Assembly (NCBI GenBank): GCA_009773315.1
Contig: WRPE01000009.1
Span: 1,337-65,336, forward strand
Direction of reading: 5' to 3'
Source of the DNA: Syntrophaceae bacterium
Lineage (GTDB): Bacteria > Desulfobacterota > Syntrophia > Syntrophales > Smithellaceae
Length of the DNA stretch: 64,000 nucleotides
Shown here one piece after another: positions 45,433 to 55,429 of the stretch. The position numbers were made by a program, and so were the translations under genes. The notes beneath the pieces were generated by a model, which was not told the DNA's origin, did no database searches, and saw only the letters and a program-made list of their open reading frames with translations. Numbering within the stretch: the first letter of the stretch is position 1; every line of letters starts with the position of its first letter.

Positions 45433-46980
45433 TTATTTTCCCCAGGGATCCTTGCCTACACACCGATCCAGTTTCGAATCCATCAAGGGCAACACCTTGT
45501 CTGCCGGGATTTCAAATGCCGGCCCGACATTCGATGCATTTTCGTACCAATGGTATGGTGGCATATTGAAAGACACCTTCTGATCCGCCGGCGGCACGAA
45601 TTCGGCCACCCGGAAACCCTGGATTGACTTGTGATCGCAGGCCCGCATCTTCACAATTCGGCCGTTGACATACTGATACGTGTCCCCTTCCCAGACCTTG
45701 ATGATCTTCTCGGGGTCGGTACTCTTCGCCCGCTCTATCACACTGAAAAGCCAATAAACCTGCTGCGTCCAATGCCCAAGGGTTCCCATCGGATGCCGGA
45801 ATAGAGGGGTATTGTAGGGCGCCGTCTTCCACCTGTTTTGCCATCCATCGTTCCAGGCTTTATAATATTTGATCATGCCGGGGGAGTTGAACGTCGCCCC
45901 CCCCCTATCAAAGTGTTTGATATTGACCAGTCCTTTGGTCCCTTCCACGCCGACTTCATTGAGCATGTTCGGCTCATCCAGGAAGAGATTGGCAAAAGGT
46001 ATCATGATGCCCATTTGACGAGCCTGCTTCAGCAGGTTTCCTGCATCGGGGAGCCAGTCGCCCGTCCAGACGACCTCGGCGCCAGAGGCCTTGATCTTCT
46101 CAAGAAAAGGGGCAAAATCTGTGATGAAAAGCTTATGGTAATCCTCTCCCACGATTTGCCCTTCAGGAAAATATTCCTTCAATCCATTCTTGAACCCTTG
46201 AGCCATGTGATGGCCGAAAGAGTAATCCTGGCAGAGGATGTAAAACTTCTTTTCCTTCTTCCGGATTTGACCGTAATAATAGGCCATCCCGCGGCCAATG
46301 GACTCGGTGGTGTCGGAGCTCATGAAGGAATACCGATTGAAGTTTGTCGCATCCTGAAGCTCATCCGACAGGGCGCCGACATTCTGGGCAATGACCTTGT
46401 ATTTGCTGGCCACTTCATTGATAATTTTCTGGATATTGCTGCCCGATGTGCCCAGCAGGACATGGACTTTCTCCTGAAGGACCATACGCTCACAAATCTT
46501 TTTGGCCTGATCCGGCTTGGACATGCTGTCTGCTTTAAACAAGGCAATTTTTTTCTTTTTGCCGTCCACCAGAATACCCCCGCGCTTGTTTATATCGTAG
46601 GCGGCGAAAGTCACACAAGCCCAGGCGAGTTCTCCGTTGAGGGCGCCGGGACCGGAATGGGGCCATACCACGGCGATCCTGATGGTATCATCGCCATCGG
46701 GGTTGACCCATTTGGCCGGGTCATAGCCGGACATATCGCCCATTTTGCTGGCATCAAAAGCCGCGTTGGGCTTGGACCATGTTTCAATAAATTCATCTGA
46801 TTTAGCGGCCGCTTTGGCTTTCGGTGCCTTTTTCTCTACGTTCTGCGCCTTTTCCTTTTTCTCCACTTTCTGGGCCATGGCTGGAGACGGACTATACACC
46901 GCCATTGCAAAAAGCAGAAAAATACCCATGAGAATCGCCAAATTTTTCCTAATGCTTTCCATTTTCATTTCCCTCCTCAA
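45433..46980 (-). CDS. Liv-type ABC transporter substrate-binding protein
   Basis: Signal peptide; INKRGGI, DYSFGH and DFAPFLEKIKASGAE motifs. Confidence 0.85.
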   Translation of the reverse strand: MRREMKMESIRKNLAILMGIFLLFAMAVYSPSPAMAQKVEKKEKAQNVEKKAPKAKAAAKSDEFIETWSKPNAAFDASKMGDMSGYDPAKWVNPDGDDTIRIAVVWPHSGPGALNGELAWACVTFAAYDINKRGGILVDGKKKKIALFKADSMSKPDQAKKICERMVLQEKVHVLLGTSGSNIQKIINEVASKYKVIAQNVGALSDELQDATNFNRYSFMSSDTTESIGRGMAYYYGQIRKKEKKFYILCQDYSFGHHMAQGFKNGLKEYFPEGQIVGEDYHKLFITDFAPFLEKIKASGAEVVWTGDWLPDAGNLLKQARQMGIMIPFANLFLDEPNMLNEVGVEGTKGLVNIKHFDRGGATFNSPGMIKYYKAWNDGWQNRWKTAPYNTPLFRHPMGTLGHWTQQVYWLFSVIERAKSTDPEKIIKVWEGDTYQYVNGRIVKMRACDHKSIQGFRVAEFVPPADQKVSFNMPPYHWYENASNVGPAFEIPADKVLPLMDSKLDRCVGKDPWGK

Positions 46981-47130
46981 GTGTCACAATTTTCAACTCC
47001 GTAAAAGACCATCCCGTGATGATCACGTTTACGCATGATTGCCGCGTTAAGGCTAACTGGCCTGACTAATTCCCCCCTTCGCTTTTTTGCCTTCCCTGTG
47101 CTCCCCTATAGGTTTTCTGTGTATCTCAAA

Positions 47131-47943
47131 TTAAGCCTTGAGCATTTTCATCATGTTCCCGATGGTCAACTCCATCGACAGTTCCCTGCCCGCCGACATG
47201 GCCGGGGCAAAACGCCTGATAAAATCAATTTCCTCATCCGTCGGGCGAGGCGTCTCCGACAGGTCGGGGGCTATTTTCAAATCCCACGGCACATCCTTCT
47301 TCACATCTTCAATCGTTACACGGGGATGGATCTGTGCCAGATATATCTCTTTTGTCACCGGATCGAACCGGAAAACTCCTTTCGTGGAAAGAAGCATCGT
47401 CGGACCCGAACCCTTCGGGAATAAACCAGATTTATCCCGACTGTCCCCGCCATCCAGATAGCCGGGAGAGGTAAAATAATCCAACTTGTTCACAAAATTT
47501 CCTCCCAACATCGTGAGCACCGTTCTTTTGGCATAAGAGATGAAGTCGGCAGCGCCGCCCGATCCTGGGAGTCTCATCTTCGGCTTATAATAATCCCCGA
47601 TGGCGGTGGTGTTCAGATTCCCGTATTTATCCACCTGCCCCACTCCCAGGAAACAGACATCGACAAAACCACGATACGTCATCGTAAAGGCGGAAAAGAG
47701 ATCCGTCGCATAGGAAAAACCCCGGCAGGAATGGGCATCGGCAATATGGTTCAAAGGCAGAAGCGGCTCAAAATCAATGATCCCCGATTCCATCATCAGC
47801 GTCGCATGGGGGGCATACAGGGCCTTGGCCATCGCCCCGGCCGTCGTGGGCAGACCCACGCCCAAAATGACATTTTCATGGTCGTGAATTTCTTTTGCAA
47901 CGGCAATTACTAAAAGTTCCTGTAGTGTATATGGTTTACTCAT
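47131..47943 (-). CDS. Family I CoA-transferase beta subunit (GctB-like)
   Basis: GVGLP, MMESG, QVDKYGNLN and LPGSGGA motifs. Confidence 0.9.
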   Translation of the reverse strand: MSKPYTLQELLVIAVAKEIHDHENVILGVGLPTTAGAMAKALYAPHATLMMESGIIDFEPLLPLNHIADAHSCRGFSYATDLFSAFTMTYRGFVDVCFLGVGQVDKYGNLNTTAIGDYYKPKMRLPGSGGAADFISYAKRTVLTMLGGNFVNKLDYFTSPGYLDGGDSRDKSGLFPKGSGPTMLLSTKGVFRFDPVTKEIYLAQIHPRVTIEDVKKDVPWDLKIAPDLSETPRPTDEEIDFIRRFAPAMSAGRELSMELTIGNMMKMLKA

Positions 47944-48982
47944 AGAGCTTCCCCCTTTCCTTCAACGTTTGCTCAAATTCTGGGAGCGTCATCCCCATAT
48001 TTCGTTCCTTGCCTTCCCGATCCCAACGCGAGGTAAAGGCCGATCCATAATTGGCCGGCGCCGAATAAAATGCCTTGGCCCGAATTCCATCCAGCACCTT
48101 GCTGCCGAACTTCTGGATATAATGATCAATATAAGCCGCGCGGTTCTCGCAGCCGAAAACCCATTCATCCATCCAGGCCTTCAGACCGTCCGCCGTCCCG
48201 TCGGCCATCATGAACAGACCGTACATAAACTGGTCCATGTTATAATAACCCAGCACTTCCGTCGGATTTGCTCCCCAGGGAACCTCCACCACCGCATCGA
48301 CGCGATAAGCGGGAATCAGGGTCAGATGAGGACTCGATTGGATGACGTCGTGCTCGACAATCTCCTCGCAGGAAACGACAATCCGCTTGCTCGCGAGGGC
48401 GGCCGCGGCTACACTGCCCAGGGCGCCCCAGTACTGAGCATTTCCGAATTTGTCGCAGCGTTGCACATGAACGATACATACGTCGGGATTAGCCGCCGGC
48501 ACTGTCAACTGATCTTTACCGGTGTAAGGGCATTTAATAACACGAAATTTATTTTCGCCCATAAAACTTCTTTTGTGGAAGAGATCCGTGACCATGGCGC
48601 CTTCCAGGACCTGGATATAGGAAAAGCCGTGCATCCCTGCCATCAGGCGCGCATTATACTGAAAGTTTGAATAGTCCTCAATTTGCAGGGTGCCTGCATT
48701 CAACCCCCGCTCCACGGCCGAACCGCCCTTCTTGCCCCCGGCCCGCAGACAATATGTCGTCACCAGACGATCCACGCAACCGGCTCCGACAATGGTTTCG
48801 ACATCGAAAATGCCCGATTGCGAATACAGGGTCAAACCTTTCCTGCCCTGCCGAATAACCTCATAGACAAGTTCGGCACAGCTTCCCACGGTATAATTGC
48901 CGATCACCAGTGCGTCACCGTCGTGGACGAATCTGTTGATCGCCTCTTTGGCGCTCATGACCTTACCGTTTACATCCACCAT
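47936..48982 (-). CDS. Family I CoA-transferase alpha subunit (GctA-like)
   Basis: EAINRFVHDGD, CPYTG and HVQRCDKFGN motifs. Confidence 0.9.
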   Translation of the reverse strand: MVDVNGKVMSAKEAINRFVHDGDALVIGNYTVGSCAELVYEVIRQGRKGLTLYSQSGIFDVETIVGAGCVDRLVTTYCLRAGGKKGGSAVERGLNAGTLQIEDYSNFQYNARLMAGMHGFSYIQVLEGAMVTDLFHKRSFMGENKFRVIKCPYTGKDQLTVPAANPDVCIVHVQRCDKFGNAQYWGALGSVAAAALASKRIVVSCEEIVEHDVIQSSPHLTLIPAYRVDAVVEVPWGANPTEVLGYYNMDQFMYGLFMMADGTADGLKAWMDEWVFGCENRAAYIDHYIQKFGSKVLDGIRAKAFYSAPANYGSAFTSRWDREGKERNMGMTLPEFEQTLKERGKLYE

Positions 48983-49013
48983 CCATACCTCCTGACTTAA
49001 AATTAATATTATC

Positions 49014-49733
49014 TTATACTTCCAGATATTTGGCTCTCACTTCGTTATTATTCCTGAGTTCCTCCACGGAACCCTGATAGCCGATATGGGCCTTCCCCAT
49101 CAGATAAACCCGGTGCGCCAAAGACAGTGCCACCTTCAGGTTATGCTCTACCAGCAGAATGGAAACCCCTGCCTTCTTGTTGATCTCTTCCAGAACATTG
49201 CGCACTTCCTGAACCATGATCGGCGCCAGACCCTCCGTCGGCTCATCCACCAAAAGCAGCCTGGGGTTCCCCATCAGCGAACGCCCGATGGCCAGCATCT
49301 GCTGTTCTCCGCCGGACAGAAACCGCCCCTGTTGGTTGCACCGCTCCTTCAGCTTCGGAAAATGGCTGTAGATGCGGTCGATAGTCCAGACATTGGGATC
49401 GTTGGGATTTTTGATCTTTCCACCCTTGATGCCCAGAAGCAGATTGTCATAAACGGAGAGTTGGGGAAAGATGCGCCGATCTTCAGGAACGTACCCGATA
49501 CCGGCCCGGGCCGCCTTGTACGGAGGTAAACCGGTAATGTCTGTCCCTTCGAAAATCACGTGCCCGGATTTTGATTTGACCAGTCCCATGATAGTTTTCA
49601 GGGTTGTGCTCTTTCCCATGCCGTTGCGTCCCAAGAGGGCAACCAGCTCCCCTTTGGCAATATTCAGGGAAAGCCCCTGTAAAACATGGCTCTCGCCATA
49701 GAATGTATTCAGATCTTTGATTTCCAGTAGCAT
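49014..49733 (-). CDS. ABC ATPase (LivF-like)
   Basis: GRNGMGKST, LSGGEQQM and DEPTEGL motifs. Confidence 0.92.
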   Translation of the reverse strand: MLLEIKDLNTFYGESHVLQGLSLNIAKGELVALLGRNGMGKSTTLKTIMGLVKSKSGHVIFEGTDITGLPPYKAARAGIGYVPEDRRIFPQLSVYDNLLLGIKGGKIKNPNDPNVWTIDRIYSHFPKLKERCNQQGRFLSGGEQQMLAIGRSLMGNPRLLLVDEPTEGLAPIMVQEVRNVLEEINKKAGVSILLVEHNLKVALSLAHRVYLMGKAHIGYQGSVEELRNNNEVRAKYLEV

Positions 49734-49773
49734 GTTTGCTCACCTCATATTGTTATGTGTCGTATAGGGCTTT

Positions 49774-50520
49774 TCAGACGTGAAGATCGCCCAGATAGGC
49801 GTCCTTCACGTCCTGATTATCACGGATATCGTCAGGCTTCCCTGTCGCCAGAATTTTGCCATAGTGCAAAACGGTGATCCGGTCCGCCAGGGAAAACACC
49901 ACGTCCATATCATGCTCGATGATGACCACGGTTTTCCCTTCCGTCATCTTCCGGATCATCGCCACGGCATTATGGGTCTCATCCCGCGACATGCCCGCTG
50001 CAAATTCATCCAGCAAGATCAACTCCGGATCTGTCGCCATGGCCATGCTGATCTCCAGGGCGCGGGATTTGCCGTAAGACAGCAGACCGGCAGGCACATT
50101 GCGTTCATTGATCAGGTTAACCCGTTCCAGCATGATTTCGGTCTCGCGGGTAATGTCTTTCATTTTATCGACATACCGAAACAGATTAAAACGAATGCCG
50201 TGTTTGGCCAGTATCGCAAGCCGGATATTCTGGAAGGCCGTCAATCGGGTAAACGTACTGGTGATCTGAAAGGAACGTCCCATCCCGATGCGGGCCAGTT
50301 TATGTGGCTTGTAACCCGTGATATCCTTCCCTTTGAAGAATACCTTTCCTTTGCTCGGATGGTACGTGCCTGTTATGGTATTGAACAACGTCGTCTTGCC
50401 CGCGCCGTTCGGCCCGATGACAGCGTGTCGCTCGCCTTCCTCTACCTGCAGGTCGATGCCGAACAAAACTTTCAACCCGCTGAAATCATGATGCAGATCT
50501 TTGGTTTCCAATATATTCAT
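49774..50520 (-). CDS. ABC ATPase (LivG-like)
   Basis: GPNGAGKTT, RSFQ and EHDMD motifs. Confidence 0.92.
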   Translation of the reverse strand: MNILETKDLHHDFSGLKVLFGIDLQVEEGERHAVIGPNGAGKTTLFNTITGTYHPSKGKVFFKGKDITGYKPHKLARIGMGRSFQITSTFTRLTAFQNIRLAILAKHGIRFNLFRYVDKMKDITRETEIMLERVNLINERNVPAGLLSYGKSRALEISMAMATDPELILLDEFAAGMSRDETHNAVAMIRKMTEGKTVVIIEHDMDVVFSLADRITVLHYGKILATGKPDDIRDNQDVKDAYLGDLHV

Positions 50521-51518
50521 GACGTTTTCTCCATTTTAGCCTTGGAAGCGGTATAAGCATGCCACTTCATCTTCATGGTATTAACAAAACCCATAATGCC
50601 CGAGGGGGCAAACATAACGACCAGGATAAGGGTCACACCCATGACCAGTTCCACGCGGTCCGTGAATCGGTGGGTCAATTCCTCGATGACCTGAAAGACC
50701 GCTGTCCCCCAGATGGGGCCAAAGAAACTTCCCACACCACCGACCATAGCTGCAATAATAGGAGAGAAGGAGATCATAGCGCCAAGAGAGCCGTCAGCCG
50801 ATACAAGGTTGTGGAATAATCCATAGAGGGAGCCCGCCAGTCCCGTGAAGGCGCCGGACACGACATAAATGATTGCTTTCGTTTGAGGAATTTTATATCC
50901 GAGATAATCAATTCTCTTTTCGTTATCCCGAATGCCCACCTGTATCTGTCCGAAAGGCGTCTTCGTAAAAAACCACATCAGCCACAGGCTGATTCCCAAA
51001 AGCACCATGGCCAGGTAGAAAAAGTTTACCGGGTCTCCCTTCATGGGAAACGATATCAGTCCGGGAATGGTGAATGCCGGAATGGGAAAGTTCCCGATGC
51101 CGTCCTCGCCGCCTGTAATGTTCCGGAGCTTTAGTGCCAGAATATAGAATAATTGCCCGAAGGCCAAATGCACCATCGCGAAAGCCGTGCCGCTCACCCT
51201 GGTCACTACAGGGGCCAGCACCAAAGCTAAAAGCATCGCTGCGAGAAAACCAATGCCGATGGCCGGCATAAGCGCAATGCCGTCGATATGCTTCAAGGCC
51301 AGGGCTGTCCCATAACCGCCGAAACCGAAAAACATGGCGTGGCCGAAACTCAGAAGTCCCGTGTAACCCAAAAGAACATTCACCGCTACGGCATAAGTAG
51401 CGAAGATGGCAAATGTCACAAAAACATTTGTATAGTAAATGCCGAACAATTTCGGAAAGAAGATAAGGATAACCAGAAGCGCCAACCACAAAATGGGTTT
51501 AATTATTTTTTTCATCAT
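50517..51518 (-). CDS. ABC permease (LivM-like)
   Basis: GYTGLLSFGHA and TGGEDG motifs. Confidence 0.9.
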   Translation of the reverse strand: MMKKIIKPILWLALLVILIFFPKLFGIYYTNVFVTFAIFATYAVAVNVLLGYTGLLSFGHAMFFGFGGYGTALALKHIDGIALMPAIGIGFLAAMLLALVLAPVVTRVSGTAFAMVHLAFGQLFYILALKLRNITGGEDGIGNFPIPAFTIPGLISFPMKGDPVNFFYLAMVLLGISLWLMWFFTKTPFGQIQVGIRDNEKRIDYLGYKIPQTKAIIYVVSGAFTGLAGSLYGLFHNLVSADGSLGAMISFSPIIAAMVGGVGSFFGPIWGTAVFQVIEELTHRFTDRVELVMGVTLILVVMFAPSGIMGFVNTMKMKWHAYTASKAKMEKTS

Positions 51519-52387
51519 TCTTTCACCCCAAATAATCCGTTGGGTCTAATCGACAGGACGATGGCCATGAAAATGACCATCAGCACCGGCGCCAACTGGG
51601 ATATAAATTGAACACCATAAGAACTGAGGAGGCCAAAGATGATGGAAACAACAAAAGCCCCCGCGAGGCTCCCGAATCCACCGGTCACGACAACAATAAA
51701 GGCATCCATTCCCACCTGATCGGCCAAACCCGGAAAGACAGTCAGAATCGGCGCGATCGCCACACCGGCGATCCCTGCCAGCCAGCAGCCGGCACCGAAA
51801 ACCAGCATAAACACCAAGGGAATATTAATCCCCAAAGCGTTCACCATGTCCCTGTCGGAAACGGCCGCCCGGACGATCTTGCCTAATCTGGTTTTATAAA
51901 GAAGCAGGACCATTAAAATCAAAACCACCAGGGACATTCCGATGATAAACAAACGATAAATCGGGTAATCCAGCCCACCCAAGTTCACCATCCCCTGAAG
52001 AATATCGGGAACCTGCATTGGAAGACTCTGCGTACCCCAAAAAATCTTGACGAGTCCCAGAATCACCAGGCTGATACCAAGCGTCAGGATCAATTCACCC
52101 AGGTGGCCGGCGCCGCGGATACTGCGCATAAAGACTCTCTCCAGAAAAATACCGAAGATGGCCGTACCGATGGGCGCCAAAACCAATCCCGCCCAGAAAC
52201 TCCCCGTCAGGAATATGATCTGGTAACAAAAATAACCTGACAACATGAAGATGGCGGCATGCGCCAGGTTCAAAATACCCATCATTCCGAAGATGATGGT
52301 CAACCCCGAGGCGATGAGAAATAGCACCATGCCATAGGCTATCCCGTGTATCCCTTGGGCCACGTACATTGATGTTGTTGGATCCAT
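51515..52387 (-). CDS. ABC permease (LivH-like)
   Basis: SGLTIIFGMMGILNLAH; start at MDPTT after AAGGA. Confidence 0.9.
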   Translation of the reverse strand: MDPTTSMYVAQGIHGIAYGMVLFLIASGLTIIFGMMGILNLAHAAIFMLSGYFCYQIIFLTGSFWAGLVLAPIGTAIFGIFLERVFMRSIRGAGHLGELILTLGISLVILGLVKIFWGTQSLPMQVPDILQGMVNLGGLDYPIYRLFIIGMSLVVLILMVLLLYKTRLGKIVRAAVSDRDMVNALGINIPLVFMLVFGAGCWLAGIAGVAIAPILTVFPGLADQVGMDAFIVVVTGGFGSLAGAFVVSIIFGLLSSYGVQFISQLAPVLMVIFMAIVLSIRPNGLFGVKE

Positions 52388-52511
52388 ATTAATATCCTTT
52401 CTTGTTAAAGTTCGGGACCACTCCCATTGCCGAATGCAACAAGACAGCCACATAATTTTGTGCCTCTACGGCACTTCGCCATAGAGGGGATAAAATAATC
52501 GAGGCGGTTTT

Positions 52512-53261
52512 TTACATTTTCATGCCGCCATCGCAGAAGATAATCTGCCCCGTGATAAATGAACTCTCGTCAGATGCCAGGAATAATGCCAGATTAGCAA
52601 TGTCCAGCGGAGAGCCTTTACGGTTCAGGGGAACGATAAAGGGCAGCATGGCATCCATTTGTTTAATTTGTTCCGGCGGCATATTCTTCATCATGTCTGT
52701 CCAGATCATTCCCGGAGCTATCGCGTTGACGTTGACATGCTTTGGACCCAGTTCCTTCGCGGCGGTCTTTGTCATACCGATAACGCCCGCTTTCGTAGCG
52801 GAATAATTGAGCTGGCCGGCATTCCCCAAGGCGCTGGTTGAAGAAATGTTAATGATCTTTCCATAGCCTTTTTCCCGCATGACCCGCGCTGCACACTGAA
52901 TGCCATAAAACACGCCGGTCAAGTTAACGGCGATGACCGAATCCCACTGCTCGTCCGTCATCTTATGCAGAATGACGTCGCGAGTGATACCGGCATTGTT
53001 AATAATAATATCCAGCGTGCCGAACTCTTTAACCGCCGTATCCACCATCTTTTGGACAACCGTTCGATCGGCCACACTCCCGATAACAGCCACAGCCTGC
53101 CCACCGCCGGCCTTGATTTTGTCCACCACGTTTTTTGCATCTGACTCATTAACATCATTAACGATAATTTTTGCACCCTCTTCGGCAAACCGTAAAACAA
53201 TGCCCTCGCCGATACCGCGTCCTGATCCGGTCACTATTGCAACTTTATCTTTCAGTCTCAT
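52512..53261 (-). CDS. SDR oxidoreductase (FabG/3-oxoacyl-CoA reductase-like)
   Basis: TGSGRGIG, NNAGI and YSATK motifs. Confidence 0.92.
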   Translation of the reverse strand: MRLKDKVAIVTGSGRGIGEGIVLRFAEEGAKIIVNDVNESDAKNVVDKIKAGGGQAVAVIGSVADRTVVQKMVDTAVKEFGTLDIIINNAGITRDVILHKMTDEQWDSVIAVNLTGVFYGIQCAARVMREKGYGKIINISSTSALGNAGQLNYSATKAGVIGMTKTAAKELGPKHVNVNAIAPGMIWTDMMKNMPPEQIKQMDAMLPFIVPLNRKGSPLDIANLALFLASDESSFITGQIIFCDGGMKM

Positions 53262-53398
53262 AAATGAACTCTCCTAAAATAAATTTTAATTTATACTTTG
53301 TAACTTTCAGTAACCGGCACTTCTTCGACTTGACCGGTTTGTTTTCTCAAATATCTGTGTTGACCTGAGCGACAGGACCTCTCTCTAACAGGAAGCTT

Positions 53399-54619
53399 TT
53401 AGCGCTGCAAGTTTTCAATTACTGTTGCCACACCCAGACCGCCGCCGCAGCAGGAACTGAAGCAGCCGTACTTGCCGCCTCTGCGGATCAATTCCTTCAT
53501 GGTAAACATACAGATACGCGCACCGGAGGCGCCGTTGGGATGTCCGAAGGCAATGGCGCCTCCGTTGGGATTCCATTTATCGCTGAAGCAATCCACCTTC
53601 TCGCCTGTCTGCTTTTCGAGCTCCGCGGCAACAGCCAGATTCTGCACGGCAAAGGCCTCGTTGCATTCCAAAACACCCATATCGGAGAGTTTCAGATTGG
53701 CCCGCTTCAGGGCAAGTGGAACGGCATAAGCGGGACCGATACCCATGATCTTGGGATCAACACCATAATCACCGCCGGCAATCCATTTAGCCATAGGTTT
53801 GTATCCCAGTTGCTCTGCCTTTTCCCGGGTCATCATTAGGACAAAGGCGCCGCCGTCATTACGACCGGACGAGTTGCCTGCCGTAACGGTTCCGTCTTTA
53901 ATAAACGCGGGTGGTAGTTTTGTCAGTGCTTCCATGGAGGTCATCCGGGGATGCTCATCTACTTTGAACTCCAAGGGTGGATTCTTCTTGCCCTGGGGCA
54001 CCATGACGGGAATGATCTCGTCCACGAAATAACCGGCGTCCATGGCTTTTTTCGCCAGTACCTGGCTGCGCAGACCAAACTCATCCTGGGCCTGGCGTGA
54101 AACATTGTACATCTTCTGCAGAGCCTCCGCCGTCAATCCCATGTTCATGGTTGCCGGATCAAAGGTGGGAGAAAGAGACGGCATAATCGGCATCGGGGGA
54201 ATCATCTTGAAGGGTTCCGTGGACATGGAAAACTTGCAGGTCATCTGGCTGTAGGACTCCATACCACCGGCAATCATGATATCGGCATGGCCGGCAAGGA
54301 TTCTATAGGCTGCATGGTTGATGCAATCGATGGCCGATCCGCACTGCATTTCAATATAAGAAGCGGACGTGCTCTCCGGAAGACCACTGGCCAGGGTCAC
54401 CCAGCGCGCCAGGTTCAGGGCTGAATGGCCGCTGCCGGCCGATCCCGCATAAACGGCGTCCACAACACCGCCCTTTTCCAAAATTTTTGTTTTTTCGACC
54501 AGGCCTTTCAGAGCAAGTCCACCTATTTGTTCTATAGTGAAATTCCGCAAAGTCTTTCCAAATGTACCAAATGCTGTCCGTGCACCGTCAATAAATACGA
54601 CATCTTTTTTACTCATCAT
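53399..54619 (-). CDS. Thiolase (acetyl-CoA acyltransferase)
   Basis: MQCGS, NEAFA, GHPNGASG and CCGGG motifs. Confidence 0.94.
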   Translation of the reverse strand: MMSKKDVVFIDGARTAFGTFGKTLRNFTIEQIGGLALKGLVEKTKILEKGGVVDAVYAGSAGSGHSALNLARWVTLASGLPESTSASYIEMQCGSAIDCINHAAYRILAGHADIMIAGGMESYSQMTCKFSMSTEPFKMIPPMPIMPSLSPTFDPATMNMGLTAEALQKMYNVSRQAQDEFGLRSQVLAKKAMDAGYFVDEIIPVMVPQGKKNPPLEFKVDEHPRMTSMEALTKLPPAFIKDGTVTAGNSSGRNDGGAFVLMMTREKAEQLGYKPMAKWIAGGDYGVDPKIMGIGPAYAVPLALKRANLKLSDMGVLECNEAFAVQNLAVAAELEKQTGEKVDCFSDKWNPNGGAIAFGHPNGASGARICMFTMKELIRRGGKYGCFSSCCGGGLGVATVIENLQR

Positions 54620-55269
54620 TGTTCTCCTTGTTGGTTATTATATTGTGTTACATTCTTGAAAAAATCAAAATAACTCTCTTTTTTCTCAGCAGAGCGGGCT
54701 TGGTTCTCAATAAAGCCGTAGGTCAATATTCTTGACCCGTCACGGATTAATTGGGTTAGCCACTCCTTATCAACATTGTTCTGAGTTTCTTCAATCCAAG
54801 GCTTCAGTGTGGCAATACCCCGAACAAACATCCACGTTAAGAAGTGAAAATAGCGCAGTTGGTCGCGCGATAAGCCTGCTAACTTTTGATTTCGGGTCAA
54901 CTCTTCTACCTGGGCCTCGAAGAGCAGGGCACCGTACGGAATCTGCATGTAGACATGTTTCTCATCATTGATGGCTGCAAAAAGGTGTGGTTCTTCCCAC
55001 GCGAACAATACATAGCCGATCCCATTATTCAGCGCGGATACATCCGTAAGTGGTGCCGATGAATATTCGGCCTGTAACGCCACGGCTTTTTTGACGACCT
55101 CATCTTCGAGCAGCTCCATGGTTTTGAATTGGGAATAAATGGGCATGGTGGAGGATTTAAGCTTCTTGGCAATAAATCGCGCGGACAGTTTCTCCCAGCC
55201 GCCCTTGCGAACGATCTCGAAAGCGGCATCAATAATATCCGCTCGTGAAATCTTAGTTTCTGCAGACAT
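54616..55269 (-). CDS. TetR/AcrR-family regulator
   Basis: N-terminal HTH IIDAAFEIV...LSARFIAKKL.SSTMPIYSQF. Confidence 0.9.
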   Translation of the reverse strand: MSAETKISRADIIDAAFEIVRKGGWEKLSARFIAKKLKSSTMPIYSQFKTMELLEDEVVKKAVALQAEYSSAPLTDVSALNNGIGYVLFAWEEPHLFAAINDEKHVYMQIPYGALLFEAQVEELTRNQKLAGLSRDQLRYFHFLTWMFVRGIATLKPWIEETQNNVDKEWLTQLIRDGSRILTYGFIENQARSAEKKESYFDFFKNVTQYNNQQGEQ

Positions 55270-55281
55270 ATTTAACCTCTG

Positions 55282-55339
55282 TCATTTATAACGCGCGTTA
55301 TCTAGAACGGCTGTTACGAATAACGCGCGTTATAAATGA
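55282..55339. promoter_or_regulatory. Probable TetR operator array
   Basis: Perfect palindrome ATAACGCGCGTTAT at 55288 and 55320; degenerate copy AGAACGGCTGTTAC at 55304. Confidence 0.75.
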
Positions 55340-55429
55340 TGACCTAGAGATCTGTCAAGGATTTTTTTTATTTAATAAAATATTATAAATATTGAATGGT
55401 TAAAATGCACACGGGGCGGAATTGGATAA

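Noticed and set aside
45838-46800. Long antisense ORFs (this 320-aa one, also 60569-61384, 49780-50556, 3225-4004)
   Set aside because: They lie opposite well-supported genes and have no recognisable motifs; they are shadow frames.
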